From: a virus
IMG/VR virus record: IMGVR_UViG_3300027857_000017
DNA length: 64,000 nt
Direction: 5' to 3' (one strand)
Numbering within the stretch: the stretch's first letter is position 1; the number at the start of each line of letters is the position of its first letter. Of the stretch, positions 49,330 to 59,271 are shown one piece after another. The notes under the pieces are model-generated. The model saw only the letters and a program-made list of their open reading frames with translations, had not been told where the DNA came from and made no database searches. The position numbers were made by a program, and so were the translations under genes.

Positions 49330-50136
49330 CTATCCTGGAAAAGGAATAACCTTCTTCTCCTTCTTTGGTTTGCTGACCTTCACCTTCTGCTCTCTCATGC
49401 CTGCTACAGCGGACATAGCGCCTGCGATGTGCAGTAAGTCTCCAGCATGTCCAGCAAGTCTCTCAGCCTCACTATACGTCCGTGTAGTGGTATCGTAGCG
49501 TCTAATCTCTAGATGGTGATGTTCCTGCAGGTCGTACTTTATCACTTCAATGGTCCCACGCCTGGACTTCCACGCTTTGAGCACTTCTCTCTTCCTCCCA
49601 ATGAAAGGATGTTCTCTTGCCCAATGCTTGAGTGGACCCTGGATTTCTGGTAGTTCCCACAGTGGAATGTAGAGTTCGGGTGGTCGTGCCTCTTCTCCTC
49701 GCCTTTTATTTCCCTTCTGTGCCTCTGTGTACATACTGTAGTCAGGGTTAATGGCACGTATCAGCCAGGCGGGAGGATGCGCAAAGACCAATCCCTCGAA
49801 GGGGTTGCGCCACGGGAGGATGCGAGCCGCTGCCTTCTCACCAATGGAGCTGATAGCATCAGGATAATAATGGACACCCCAGGAGTCGATCTTGCATCTA
49901 ACTGAGACGGTGATGCCATCAAGCGTGAAGGTGTACATGTCCTCAAAAATGGCTTTGAATGAGGGATCGTTGCGAATGGCGTCCAGGTTCATGGCTGAAT
50001 CTCCCCTTTTTGAGCGTAGTGTGGCGGAAAAAGCGAAAAATGGGAAGAGAGACGGTACTTTTGTGAGGATATGCCTCTTTTGTCTGGTCTGACCTGTAAA
50101 GAAGAAAAAAGTGAATCTATACCATATCTGTTTCAC
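49330..50136 (-). CDS. putative plasmid-type replication protein (unknown family)
   Basis: Gene lies between the iteron/centromere-like repeats and parAB; probable start MNLDAIRND (about 49988). Confidence 0.3.
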   Translation of the reverse strand: MKQIWYRFTFFFFTGQTRQKRHILTKVPSLFPFFAFSATLRSKRGDSAMNLDAIRNDPSFKAIFEDMYTFTLDGITVSVRCKIDSWGVHYYPDAISSIGEKAAARILPWRNPFEGLVFAHPPAWLIRAINPDYSMYTEAQKGNKRRGEEARPPELYIPLWELPEIQGPLKHWAREHPFIGRKREVLKAWKSRRGTIEVIKYDLQEHHHLEIRRYDTTTRTYSEAERLAGHAGDLLHIAGAMSAVAGMREQKVKVSKPKKEKKVIPFPG

Positions 50137-50174
50137 GTCATAGACATTTCCTCTTTTCTTGATGATCTTTAGCT

Positions 50175-50194
50175 AACCTGCTACTTAGCAGGTT
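50175..50194. promoter_or_regulatory. parS-like palindrome AACCTGCTA-ct-TAGCAGGTT
   Basis: Perfect 9-bp arms; related copies at 50285-50300 and 51974-51990 flank parAB. Confidence 0.5.
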
Positions 50195-50329
50195 AGCAGG
50201 AGAAGATGAAGTCTTCATAATAAATAGAGAAACATCTCTCAGTATTTTAAGCCTATTTTTGAATATATTTTATAACCTAATCATAACCTGCTACCTAGCA
50301 TCTTCTTAAATTGTAAGAAGGTTCATATA

Positions 50330-50560
50330 TCGCTCTTATGAGATGGATAGAAGAGAGTTATGCTCATTTCATAAGATGGAAAGGAAGTAGTTATGAGATA
50401 TTCCTTATCAGATGCTGAAGAGAACAGAAGATACTTATGAAAATGACCTGCTGATAAGGATCTTATGAACTCATACTAAGATGTTTATGACGTGCTAAGA
50501 AGGTGCTTCTATGATAGTTCTGATGAGAGGAGATCATGAGCAGATGAGAAGGATATCTTC
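50330..50560. repeat. array of 8 or more TTATGA-containing direct/inverted repeats (iteron-like)
   Basis: CTTATGAGATGG, TCATAAGATGG, GTTATGAGATA, CTTATCAGATG, CTTATGAAAATG, CTTATGAACTC, TTTATGACGTG, CTATGATAG in an AT-rich non-coding stretch. Confidence 0.5.
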
Positions 50561-50583
50561 ATCTGCTCATCTGCCACTTGTGT

Positions 50584-51042
50584 TTACTTCGGGAGATCCT
50601 CCCAGGTGAATGGGCGATCAAGGAGATTCGGGTCTAATGGATATCCTGCTTCTAGTAACACCCTGAGCAGGGTCCTATTGAACGCATCGACTTTACTTTG
50701 CCCAGCTCGCTCCATGAGGTCGTAGAATGCTGGGAGCATACGCTTGTCCACCATCACGTTCTCCTTCTTGTACCTCTGCTCAAAAGGAACTTTGCTGCGA
50801 CGGTCATGGGAAGAGGGTTGCCCCATACCTTTCCAGGTGCTGATGTTTGGCAATGAGATGGGAGCAGGGAGTAGCGGTGACTCTGGGACTTGCGTTGACA
50901 CTGGAGACGATGATGGTGTCTCTCCAGTGACTGGAGACGATTGTAGAGGTGCTTCCCCCACTTTGCGTTCTACTTGGCTCCTCATCCTGAGTAATCGTTC
51001 TGTAGCACTTTCCTGTGGTGGATCAGGCGTGTTCTGTTGCAT
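50584..51042 (-). CDS. putative centromere-binding partition protein (ParB/ParG-like)
   Basis: Small basic gene overlapping parA; C-terminal VPFEQRYKKENVMVDKRMLPAFYDLMERAG is ribbon-helix-helix-like. Confidence 0.4.
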   Translation of the reverse strand: MQQNTPDPPQESATERLLRMRSQVERKVGEAPLQSSPVTGETPSSSPVSTQVPESPLLPAPISLPNISTWKGMGQPSSHDRRSKVPFEQRYKKENVMVDKRMLPAFYDLMERAGQSKVDAFNRTLLRVLLEAGYPLDPNLLDRPFTWEDLPK

Positions 51043-51973
51043 ATGCCTCGCCTCTTTCGTCGGTCAGTTTGACGAGCTGTCGGTAACATTCTCGCATGGC
51101 TAACACGTTTTTCATTTTTTCTGTATCCTTCAATGTGTAGGTGAAGATGGATCGTCCTGCTTTGTAAGCTTCCTGAAAAACAACCTTCTTTGGGATGTTG
51201 AAATCGGTCATCTTCTCAGGGAGAATGGCTCGAAAATCGCGCAGAATGTCGTTCGCTAATCCACTCGACTGCACGAGGTTGGGGATGAGTGTCAGGATAT
51301 TCACTTTGAACTTCAACTCGGCCTCAACCACTTGAATTTGATTAAGAAGTAATTCGAATGCGCGAATAGATGTTTGTTCTGCCTGAATGGGAATGATCAA
51401 GCCTGATCGAAGCAAATCATGAGACTCTTTGGTAAGATCGCCAGCCCCTTCCCGATCAAGCAGTAATTCGCCCTTGGCGTTTACTGGGATACCTACAGCG
51501 CGAATGATATTATCTGTGAGGTTTCCAAAGTAAGAAGGCGAATCAATCACGATGACATCAAAGGCATGTTTGAATGCCTGTAAGAGATCGAGGAGACGCG
51601 TCTCCCTGCTTCTTTCTCTATTGAGGTCTTTATCCAGTTCCATCATCTGAAAGTTACTTGGAATGGCAAAGAACTTCTCACCAGGCACCTCCTGGATAAG
51701 ATCTTGAGGATTGATCTTCTGGGGATTGATCAGTGCATCGTGGAGAGTCGGAATATCCATTCGTATCCAGAAGTCTTTGAGTCCTATTCCCTCCGTTCCA
51801 TGTCCTTGTGGGTCAAGATCGATAAATAAGACGTTTTTGCTGCCGTCTTCTGCTTCAGCAGCAGCTTCGTCAAAACCCACCGTACTCTTGCCTACGCCAC
51901 CTTTTTGGTTAATTACAGCTTTTACGCGTGCCATAGGTGAACTCTTCTCCTCTTCGCAAAATAACTTGCTCAT
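51023..51973 (-). CDS. parA: ParA/Soj-family partition ATPase
   Basis: Deviant Walker A KGGVGKST at the N-terminus. Confidence 0.85.
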   Translation of the reverse strand: MSKLFCEEEKSSPMARVKAVINQKGGVGKSTVGFDEAAAEAEDGSKNVLFIDLDPQGHGTEGIGLKDFWIRMDIPTLHDALINPQKINPQDLIQEVPGEKFFAIPSNFQMMELDKDLNRERSRETRLLDLLQAFKHAFDVIVIDSPSYFGNLTDNIIRAVGIPVNAKGELLLDREGAGDLTKESHDLLRSGLIIPIQAEQTSIRAFELLLNQIQVVEAELKFKVNILTLIPNLVQSSGLANDILRDFRAILPEKMTDFNIPKKVVFQEAYKAGRSIFTYTLKDTEKMKNVLAMRECYRQLVKLTDERGEAYATEHA

Positions 51974-52267
51974 AACCTGCTACGTAGCGGCTATAGAGCA
52001 TCTCTTGCCAGTATGGCATTACAGGAGGAAAAGAGTCAACGAACATGTGTTCTGAGAGGTTTCTCTGAGAGATATGAGAAGAATCTCTCTTGTTTGATGC
52101 AGGTCAATCTGCTATACTGCTCCCATGACGGGTCTGGTATTCCTCCCGCTTGCGGGTTTGCAACATGTTCCAGTTCTTGAACGCGTTCTGACCCGTTCCC
52201 GTCTGGGGTTGAAACCACGTCAACTTAAACTGCGGTTTATTCCCAACCCCTCCCGTTAGGGATTGCT

Positions 52268-52300
52268 CGGCCAAATAAAAACACCGCACCTCTCTGGTGC
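52268..52300. terminator. bidirectional Rho-independent terminator
   Basis: AACACCGCACC-tctct-GGTGCGGTGTT followed by TTTTGG on the plus strand and TTTTTATTT on the minus strand. Confidence 0.55.
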
Positions 52301-53601
52301 GGTGTTTTGGTTCAGTCTTTAATATCCTTGGTCATAGAGGATAGAGTGCAGGGCCTCGTTGACGATCTGATTGAGGCGGTAACTAGGATGATCCTTGAGG
52401 CAGATTTGCAATCGTTCCATGACACCGAGTTGGATACATGCCTCTAGTTTGGTGTTGAATGGCTCAGTGCGATGTCGGCGTTTCAACTCAGTTTCCTCTG
52501 CGATATATGCGGGATCATCAGGGTCAAAGTTCAGATCTTCTTCGCTCATTCGCCTCTCCTCGCTGTATAGCGGAACGTCCATTCCTGTTTCGTTTCACTG
52601 TACTTATAAGAAATTTTGCCACCGATACCGCTTTTATCGAGAGCTTCCTGAAACGCATCAGACTCATGAATGCGTTCGCCTAGCATTTCACCATCCACAA
52701 TGATCACCCACCGTCCAGGATTCTTTGCCTTCCAGAATTTCAGATCTTTGTTGGCAGATGCAAAAAGTTCTCGCATCTTTGCCTGCATCGCTGCCTCTCC
52801 AGTCAGTTTCATCATCGTTGTCCTTCCTCTGTGCTGAAGAGCATTCCCAGATGGAAAAGCGCGAGCTTCTCTTCTGGCGTTTGCGGCGGATAAGGTTGAG
52901 CATCGCTCACCAGCCAGAGGCTCGACGCTGTACCAATGGTTCCATAGTGAGCACATACCTTCTCAGTACTCAGCATCTCAAGAAGTTCGCTGTCTGTCGA
53001 GAATGAGTGGTTCCCTGCAATGTACTGGCTTGTCTGAAGATAAGCGACGACATCAGCATCTGACCATTGCCGTACCTCAATGATTCTCCCTAGATGTGCT
53101 TCAACCACCTGTTGTACCAACTCCTCTGGTATCTCATCTTTGGGGAGCCATGCACTTCCATCTGGTTCAGTACCATCGTTGTCATATGCTGATCTATAGG
53201 GACCTAGCATTTTGAATGCTGAGGAAACGCTGTCAGGGCGCAATTCCAATACGTTCATAGTACCCTCTCTCAGTTACGTCCTCTCAGTTACGTCGCTCCC
53301 ATTCTTCTCCGTCATTCAGCCACATTTCAATCCCTTCCTCCAGTCCATCTACATCGGCCCAGGTTGCGTCTGCGCCCCAGGAAATGCCCATCCTCTTCCA
53401 CTCTGGATCATAGAGTCCCTCGGCCCGCTCTGCAAACTCTTTTCCTGCGCTGTCCAAAATGCGAATTATCAGTCCCACTGTCTTTTCAGAGCATCCAGCC
53501 AAATCTTTTCGGAGGGAGGTGGACCCTATTATTTCTTCTAGGTCCACCTCCTCGTAGGTGAAAGAGCGCTTTTCGTCCTCTTTCTTTTGCTTGATTTCTT
53601 C

Positions 53602-53623
53602 GGGTATTCGGCTTTTAATGTGT
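53602..53623. repeat. solo copy of the ISL3-type terminal inverted repeat
   Basis: GGTATTCGGCTTTTAATGTGT versus IRL GGCTATTCGGCTTTTAATGTGT, 100 bp left of the IS. Confidence 0.5.
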
Positions 53624-53969
53624 TTACCCACATTTTGACCATTACTCTTTTTCATTGTTTGCGTGACGGGGATGAGCCGGGATAACAACACTACAATCTT
53701 GGGCTATTCGGCTTTTAATGTGTAATCACCCACTCGCTATCAATTCCTACATTTTTCTAAAATTCGGCATTTGTTGTTGACAAGTAGGAAGTTATCGAGT
53801 ATACTACACAATAGAAGCCGAATTTTAGAAAAATGTAGAAGGGCGGTTGTGTCGGGATTTCGCCCCCTGTATAACCCGATCAGAGATGCTTACTGTACGC
53901 AGTAACGACGGCTGATAACCTTGAGGGAGCCACCTCAACAAAGAGTATAGCAGAAAGGAAAAATGAGAA

Positions 53970-54473
53970 ATGAGAGGCAAAGCGCGGCTTTTCTCACCCC
54001 TGCAAGGGTTTACCTACTGGTTTCCAGAACGTTCAAGGATCGCACTCTCATCAGTCCAGAGCGATCTAGGGAAAACAATTATCTTGCGGAAACGGGCTAC
54101 CTGCCGCATGTGTGGCAAACGGATGCAACCAGGAGAACAGGCCATTATAGACGCGAGTGATTTCGATGATATTGGACATGTAGACGGATTCATACACGCT
54201 GCAAAGTGCATCCCTCTCGTTGAATTGGTTATGGGGAACCAAACCGAGCAAGGATTTGAAGAGCGTGAGCGCATACGCTCGGATGGGTACTACCATGAAG
54301 AAGCAATGAAGTCTTACTCATTAGAGTACGCCCAACAGGATGAAGCAAGGTACTTTCTTGACTCCTATTGGAGCGGGATCTTTCAAGTCTGCTATGTAGA
54401 GGTTGATGGCATACGTCATCCTGAGCCGATCTACTCAGAGTGGTATAAGAAAACGGAAGTAGCAAGGACATAG
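53970..54473 (+). CDS. passenger ORF inside the IS (zinc-ribbon hypothetical protein)
   Basis: 167-aa ORF with CRMCGK; transcribed from the internal promoter. Confidence 0.35.
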   Translation: MRGKARLFSPLQGFTYWFPERSRIALSSVQSDLGKTIILRKRATCRMCGKRMQPGEQAIIDASDFDDIGHVDGFIHAAKCIPLVELVMGNQTEQGFEERERIRSDGYYHEEAMKSYSLEYAQQDEARYFLDSYWSGIFQVCYVEVDGIRHPEPIYSEWYKKTEVART

Positions 54474-54726
54474 ACATGAGCACTATCAATTGGACAAAAA
54501 ACGCCGATGGGTCGCTCACGGCTTCAATCAAAGAAGGAATAACAGCGACAATCCGCCAACGGCTCATTGATGCTAAATGGAAAGGCTATATACTCATCGA
54601 TGGGCAAGAGTTACCCTTTCGAGAGCAGGCGCAATACACCGGGATGCAAACAGCAAAGGAGTGGATCAAACGTCAGGTTCTTACCAATCAGATTTAATGC
54701 GTCAACCAGTAGGATAATGGAATATA

Positions 54727-56055
54727 ATGAGTGTGTTTACACAAGAAACCCTAACAGACAGGCAGCGTAACCTGTTGAACCTTCTCAATCTCCAAGGATG
54801 GAGCATCGCGAAGATTGACGAAGATGAGGATGACTATGCTATTACAGCAAGTCCATCCTCTATCCCCCACTCGTGCCCTATCTGCCAGCACACTCACCTC
54901 TTCAAGCATGGCTCTGATGCCCAGGGCATCCACGATACCCCGATCCACGGCAAACGCGTTGTCATCAAGGTAGACAGGCAACGCTATCGCTGTACGAACT
55001 GTGGCAAAGCCTTCTTCCAATCGTTGCCAGATGTGGATGAGAAGCGTTTCTGTACGAAGCGCCTCATTGCCTACATTCAGCGTCGATCCATGAGCAGAAC
55101 CTTCCTCTCGCTGGCAGAGGAAGTAGGTCTACATGAGCGCACGGTGAGGCGTATCTTCCATGATTATGTAGAGGCGTTAGAACAATCCACTCACTTTGCC
55201 ACGCCCCGCGTCATGGGTCTGGACGAGCTGCATGTCATCCACCAGGCGCGAGGCATCATTACCAACATTGAGGCAGGCACGATTGTCGAATTTCTCCATG
55301 ATCGTAAGAAGCAAACCATCATGCGCTACCTCTCGCACCTCGAAAAGAAGGATCAGGTTGAAATAGCCTGTATCGACATGTGGCAACCCTACAGAGAGGC
55401 CATCAGGGAAGTCTTGCCCCAGGCCAGGATCGTGGTTGACAAATTTCACGCTGTTAAGCTCGCCAATGAGGCCCTTGAACAAGTGCGTAAAGAGGTGAGA
55501 GCAGGTCTATCCGACAAACAGAGGCGCGCCCTTATGCATGATCGGTTTTTGCTCCTCAAGCGGCGAAGCGATTTGAAGGACAAAGAGAAGCTGATCTTAG
55601 AAACCTGGACGGAGAACTTCCCAGCACTTGGCAAGGCATATGCCATGAAGGAGAGCTTCTTTGAGATTTGGAATGCGAAGACGGTGGATGAGGCAAATGA
55701 CCTCTACTATGCGTGGATCTGCCAGATTACGCCGGAGATCGCCGACGCCTTTGTCCCGATCACGCTGACGATGGAGGAATGGGGCGATGAGATCTTCGCC
55801 TACTTCGATCACAGATATACCAATGCCTACACTGAAAGTCTAAATGGGTTGGCGAGGGTTGCGGCCAGACTTGGAAGAGGGTACTCCTTTGATGTGCTGA
55901 GAGCACGATTGCTCTACGGGATTGGGCAGCACCCGAACCGAAAGAAGAAAGAGAAGAGTGTGGAATCACTCCTAGCAGGCGTTAATATTTCCACACTCGT
56001 CGAATCCGCTCAGGCAGAGCTTGAAACAGAGGAACCCACATTAAAAGCCGAATAG
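54727..56055 (+). CDS. ISL3-family transposase
   Basis: N-terminal zinc-finger CPICQ..CTNCGK (zf-ISL3) and DDE core; 442 aa. Confidence 0.8.
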   Translation: MSVFTQETLTDRQRNLLNLLNLQGWSIAKIDEDEDDYAITASPSSIPHSCPICQHTHLFKHGSDAQGIHDTPIHGKRVVIKVDRQRYRCTNCGKAFFQSLPDVDEKRFCTKRLIAYIQRRSMSRTFLSLAEEVGLHERTVRRIFHDYVEALEQSTHFATPRVMGLDELHVIHQARGIITNIEAGTIVEFLHDRKKQTIMRYLSHLEKKDQVEIACIDMWQPYREAIREVLPQARIVVDKFHAVKLANEALEQVRKEVRAGLSDKQRRALMHDRFLLLKRRSDLKDKEKLILETWTENFPALGKAYAMKESFFEIWNAKTVDEANDLYYAWICQITPEIADAFVPITLTMEEWGDEIFAYFDHRYTNAYTESLNGLARVAARLGRGYSFDVLRARLLYGIGQHPNRKKKEKSVESLLAGVNISTLVESAQAELETEEPTLKAE

Positions 56056-56691
56056 CCCATATCTGGCCCGGTATTCTTTGGGGTCGTCGGTCAAGTCTTC
56101 GTTTTGCTCAAGAGCGAGATCAACGAGGCTATTTGCATGGGTCTCCAACTCCTTGCCAGTGAGAGCATCACCGAGGTAAATCATACGTGTATCTTCCCAG
56201 GCATCGTTTGCAGCTTTTTGGTCGAGGTTGGCACGTGCCGACATGCTGGTTTCTAGCGCGTAGGTGTAGGACATTTCTTCTCCCCTTTCTTCAATTTGTT
56301 GACGATATCTCTCGCCAACTTGTCTGATAAACTCAGTAACGCCAATTTCCTCTGTACGTTGTTCCAGCGAGACTTTTAACGCGATCCAGCGGTCATTGCG
56401 AAGCAATTCTGGCGCAAACACTTCGGCATGGTTTGCCAGTGCCTGCCAGTTGCTGACCATGAAACGAAGTTGATCTGCCAGTGGCGACGGTCCAATATGT
56501 TCTTGAATGCCAGCGAGCGCATACTCTTTGGCTTCTTTTATACAAGCCTTTTCAGATGCTTCCTCGCTCCTCCCTCTGAGGATCTTTTCGATAGCTGGGA
56601 GGACATCAGCAGGGAGATACAGGCTAATAGTTTTGCCTGTAATCTCCTTAGCAGCATAGGTGTTCTTCTCCGGTGCCCCTTTTTCTGCCAT
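56041..56691 (-). CDS. hypothetical protein whose 3' end is altered by the IS right end
   Basis: 216-aa ORF; its last codons lie inside IRR. Confidence 0.35.
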   Translation of the reverse strand: MAEKGAPEKNTYAAKEITGKTISLYLPADVLPAIEKILRGRSEEASEKACIKEAKEYALAGIQEHIGPSPLADQLRFMVSNWQALANHAEVFAPELLRNDRWIALKVSLEQRTEEIGVTEFIRQVGERYRQQIEERGEEMSYTYALETSMSARANLDQKAANDAWEDTRMIYLGDALTGKELETHANSLVDLALEQNEDLTDDPKEYRARYGLFGF

Positions 56692-57119
56692 TATTCCTCG
56701 CCCCCGTCCTCATCCGTCTCATAGCCCAGACCATTGATCACATGAACGGATGCGCCCACGTATCCCGTATCAACATAGACATATTCAGGTTGCTCATCTG
56801 ATGTGTCAATACCATGAATATTGCCTCTGCGCTCATCTGGATCAAAGCCAATTCCTGCTTGTCGCAGCGATGCGTACACGGCTTGCATATCGACGGGAGT
56901 ATTCCATTGCTGACGGTGGATATCGATTTCGTACAGTGCCATCGTTCTTTCTCCTTCATTCTCTGATCGCTCATCGGCATATTAGTATTCTAATATGAAA
57001 CTAATAGTCTGTCAATACTTTTCCCTTCCAATTTCCTCCCCTCTCAAAAACTCGTCTCTCGCCCAACAAAAAAGAGGCTCTGGACATACCAGAGTCTCTT
57101 GAGCGAATGTGGATTTCTG

Positions 57120-58169
57120 CTATAGCTCACCCATCAACCGCTGTACCACCCTCACATCTTCTCCTGCCTCCTCGCTCATTGGTGGTTCTACCACACTGCG
57201 GTCAAGGTAGTGGAGAACACGGTTATACTGCAGGTGAGAAGGGTCTTCCTTGCTGGTAGACTCGATCATGAAGACGGTTGTCCCATCAGGACAATGAGGT
57301 GGAACAATCGGTCGTCCTCCATCGGCGACTGAGAGGATGATGCGATCCTTGCCACACGTGACCTGGAATGCATGTCTGACTTGCTGCTCACGTGAGCCAT
57401 CACTTCGGACATATTCCAGGTTGGGATCACCACCAATGCGATAGCGCCCAGTGTTTGGGTGTCTATGCCATCCCGTAGGTTCAGGTTGTTCAACCGGATT
57501 CCACTCCGTGAAAGCCTGGATAGCTGCATTCAGTGATGGGAAGTCCCAGGTGTCAGCATAGACGCCAATTGTGTGCATCGGTGGGAGCATCCCAATGCCG
57601 AGTCTGGCATGTCCTCCAATGAGTGGCTCGATGGCAAGGAGTCGCTCATCAGGAAGATGTTTCTTGAGCATGAATCCTTGCTCATCTACTGATGGGCTTG
57701 TCGTTGGACCTTTCCCGCAACCAGCCTCACATCCGTCGTGACACGGGAGTCCCTGAGCCATGCGGAGAACCATTGGCTCATCTGGAATTGGGAGACCGTA
57801 TATGTCGCAGATTCTCTTCAAGATCGGAGCGCCATACTGTGCGTAGTTCGTACTCTCCTCCGCAAATTGTTGTGTTTCCTCATCACCCAGGAGCCAGAGC
57901 CACGCTCCCATCTTCTCAACACTTCTCATCGCGCTGATGCCACGATGGTCCATGACCTTCTCCCAGGAAAATTCCATGTACTCTCGCATGGTCGCTATGA
58001 CGGACTCACGGGTGAGAGGTTTCTGCTGCCAGTCTGAGAGATCAGCATCCTCTTTGAGAAGTGGCCTTACCTTTTCAGGAGAGAGAAACGGCAGGATGGC
58101 TTCTCCAACAAACCCAAGCATGTCATCGCTTTGCTGATAGTAGGCAAGTATTTCGTCTTCTGTCTTCAT
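57120..58169 (-). CDS. hypothetical protein (349 aa)
   Basis: Cys cluster CHDGCEAGCGKG; no family recognised. Confidence 0.4.
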   Translation of the reverse strand: MKTEDEILAYYQQSDDMLGFVGEAILPFLSPEKVRPLLKEDADLSDWQQKPLTRESVIATMREYMEFSWEKVMDHRGISAMRSVEKMGAWLWLLGDEETQQFAEESTNYAQYGAPILKRICDIYGLPIPDEPMVLRMAQGLPCHDGCEAGCGKGPTTSPSVDEQGFMLKKHLPDERLLAIEPLIGGHARLGIGMLPPMHTIGVYADTWDFPSLNAAIQAFTEWNPVEQPEPTGWHRHPNTGRYRIGGDPNLEYVRSDGSREQQVRHAFQVTCGKDRIILSVADGGRPIVPPHCPDGTTVFMIESTSKEDPSHLQYNRVLHYLDRSVVEPPMSEEAGEDVRVVQRLMGEL

Positions 58170-58172
58170 GCT

Positions 58173-59087
58173 TCACTTCCCTGTGGTGAACGGCGCGAGT
58201 ACTGGGTTACTTTGTCCATTGGTGGAGAGATAGTTTGGCAAATGACCATCCCATTTTTGCGCGATGAGGTACTGAATGTACTCAGGTGACTTCGCCAACT
58301 GTGCATTGATGATCGCAATACTCTGTGCATCTCCCTGAGCCTTTGCTACTGCTGCATCTGCTTCATATTGCGCTTGCTGCTTGAGGTAGGCGCTCTTCTG
58401 TGCATCATTTCGAGCATTGAGGACTGCCTGGATCGTGGCATCAGGTTTTCTTTCATTGAGGAAGACCTGTGTGACGAGAATGCCGTTTGGCGTCAGGTCT
58501 CGCTGGAGTGCATTCATAACATCAGCCTTGAACTGGTCCGTCTTAGCTGGTCCTGTCCCATCTCCTAGTAAGTCCTGCCATCCGTAGCGCGTGCAGGCAT
58601 CTAAGACATCGCTTCTTACGGCACCATAGACAAGCGTGGTATTGATATCGTTGTTCAGACTACTCACCAGCGGCACTCCCGGTTTCTTGAGATAGAGTAT
58701 TTCGGGATGTTCGCTATTGACCTGCCAATTGACTGTTAACCCAATGTTGAGGATACCTCCACCTGACATCTGGCAGGCAATGGTGGAGTCGCCTTGTAGT
58801 TCGCCTTCCTCGCTCTTGGATGAAAGGACGAGCTGCTGCTGGGCGATGGGATACTCCACAATTTGCTCACCTGAGAAGGGTGGAATGAAGGCATATTGTC
58901 CCGTAGCGAGTGTGTGGATGACGGGTTTCCCTGCACTTGCACCTGCAGCGAAGTCAATGAGGATACCTGCGTTTCCTGGGTCTATGCGCTTATAGCTGGT
59001 GGCGATGGTGATAACGACGATGATGGCAACGATGCCAATAATGGCGCTAATCGTACAGCCTTTGGGATGCTCTTCGATAAAATCCAT
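58173..59087 (-). CDS. SPFH/band-7 (stomatin/HflC-like) domain protein
   Basis: N-terminal transmembrane helix, then an SPFH core and a coiled-coil AQKSAYLKQQAQYEADAAVAKAQGDAQ. Confidence 0.7.
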   Translation of the reverse strand: MDFIEEHPKGCTISAIIGIVAIIVVITIATSYKRIDPGNAGILIDFAAGASAGKPVIHTLATGQYAFIPPFSGEQIVEYPIAQQQLVLSSKSEEGELQGDSTIACQMSGGGILNIGLTVNWQVNSEHPEILYLKKPGVPLVSSLNNDINTTLVYGAVRSDVLDACTRYGWQDLLGDGTGPAKTDQFKADVMNALQRDLTPNGILVTQVFLNERKPDATIQAVLNARNDAQKSAYLKQQAQYEADAAVAKAQGDAQSIAIINAQLAKSPEYIQYLIAQKWDGHLPNYLSTNGQSNPVLAPFTTGK

Positions 59088-59088
59088 A

Positions 59089-59271
59089 CTAATTATGTTT
59101 CTCCTCTTCTTCCATTTGTCCTTGATGATATTCTTGGATGATGTCTTTTTGTGTCTGCGTAAAGTGTTTCTTGATTTGTCCGACGAGGTAAGCGAGTGGT
59201 CTCAGTGAAAAGTAGATGACAATACCCACGATGGTGACAGAGAGTAGGGCTTGTCCCAACTCATACCACAT
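59089..59271 (-). CDS. small membrane protein partnered with the SPFH protein
   Basis: 60 aa with one transmembrane helix, immediately upstream and coupled. Confidence 0.4.
   Translation of the reverse strand: MWYELGQALLSVTIVGIVIYFSLRPLAYLVGQIKKHFTQTQKDIIQEYHQGQMEEEEKHN

Larger units (their letters stand above)
53701..56058 (+). mobile_element. ISL3-family insertion sequence (about 2.36 kb) carrying passenger ORFs
   Basis: IRL GGGCTATTCGGCTTTTAATGTGT (53701-53723) and its reverse complement IRR (56037-56058) that also encodes the transposase C-terminus. Internal consensus promoter TTGACA-17-TATACT (53777-53805) bracketed by the 14-bp inverted repeat TTCTAAAATTCGGC/GCCGAATTTTAGAA. Confidence 0.6.
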
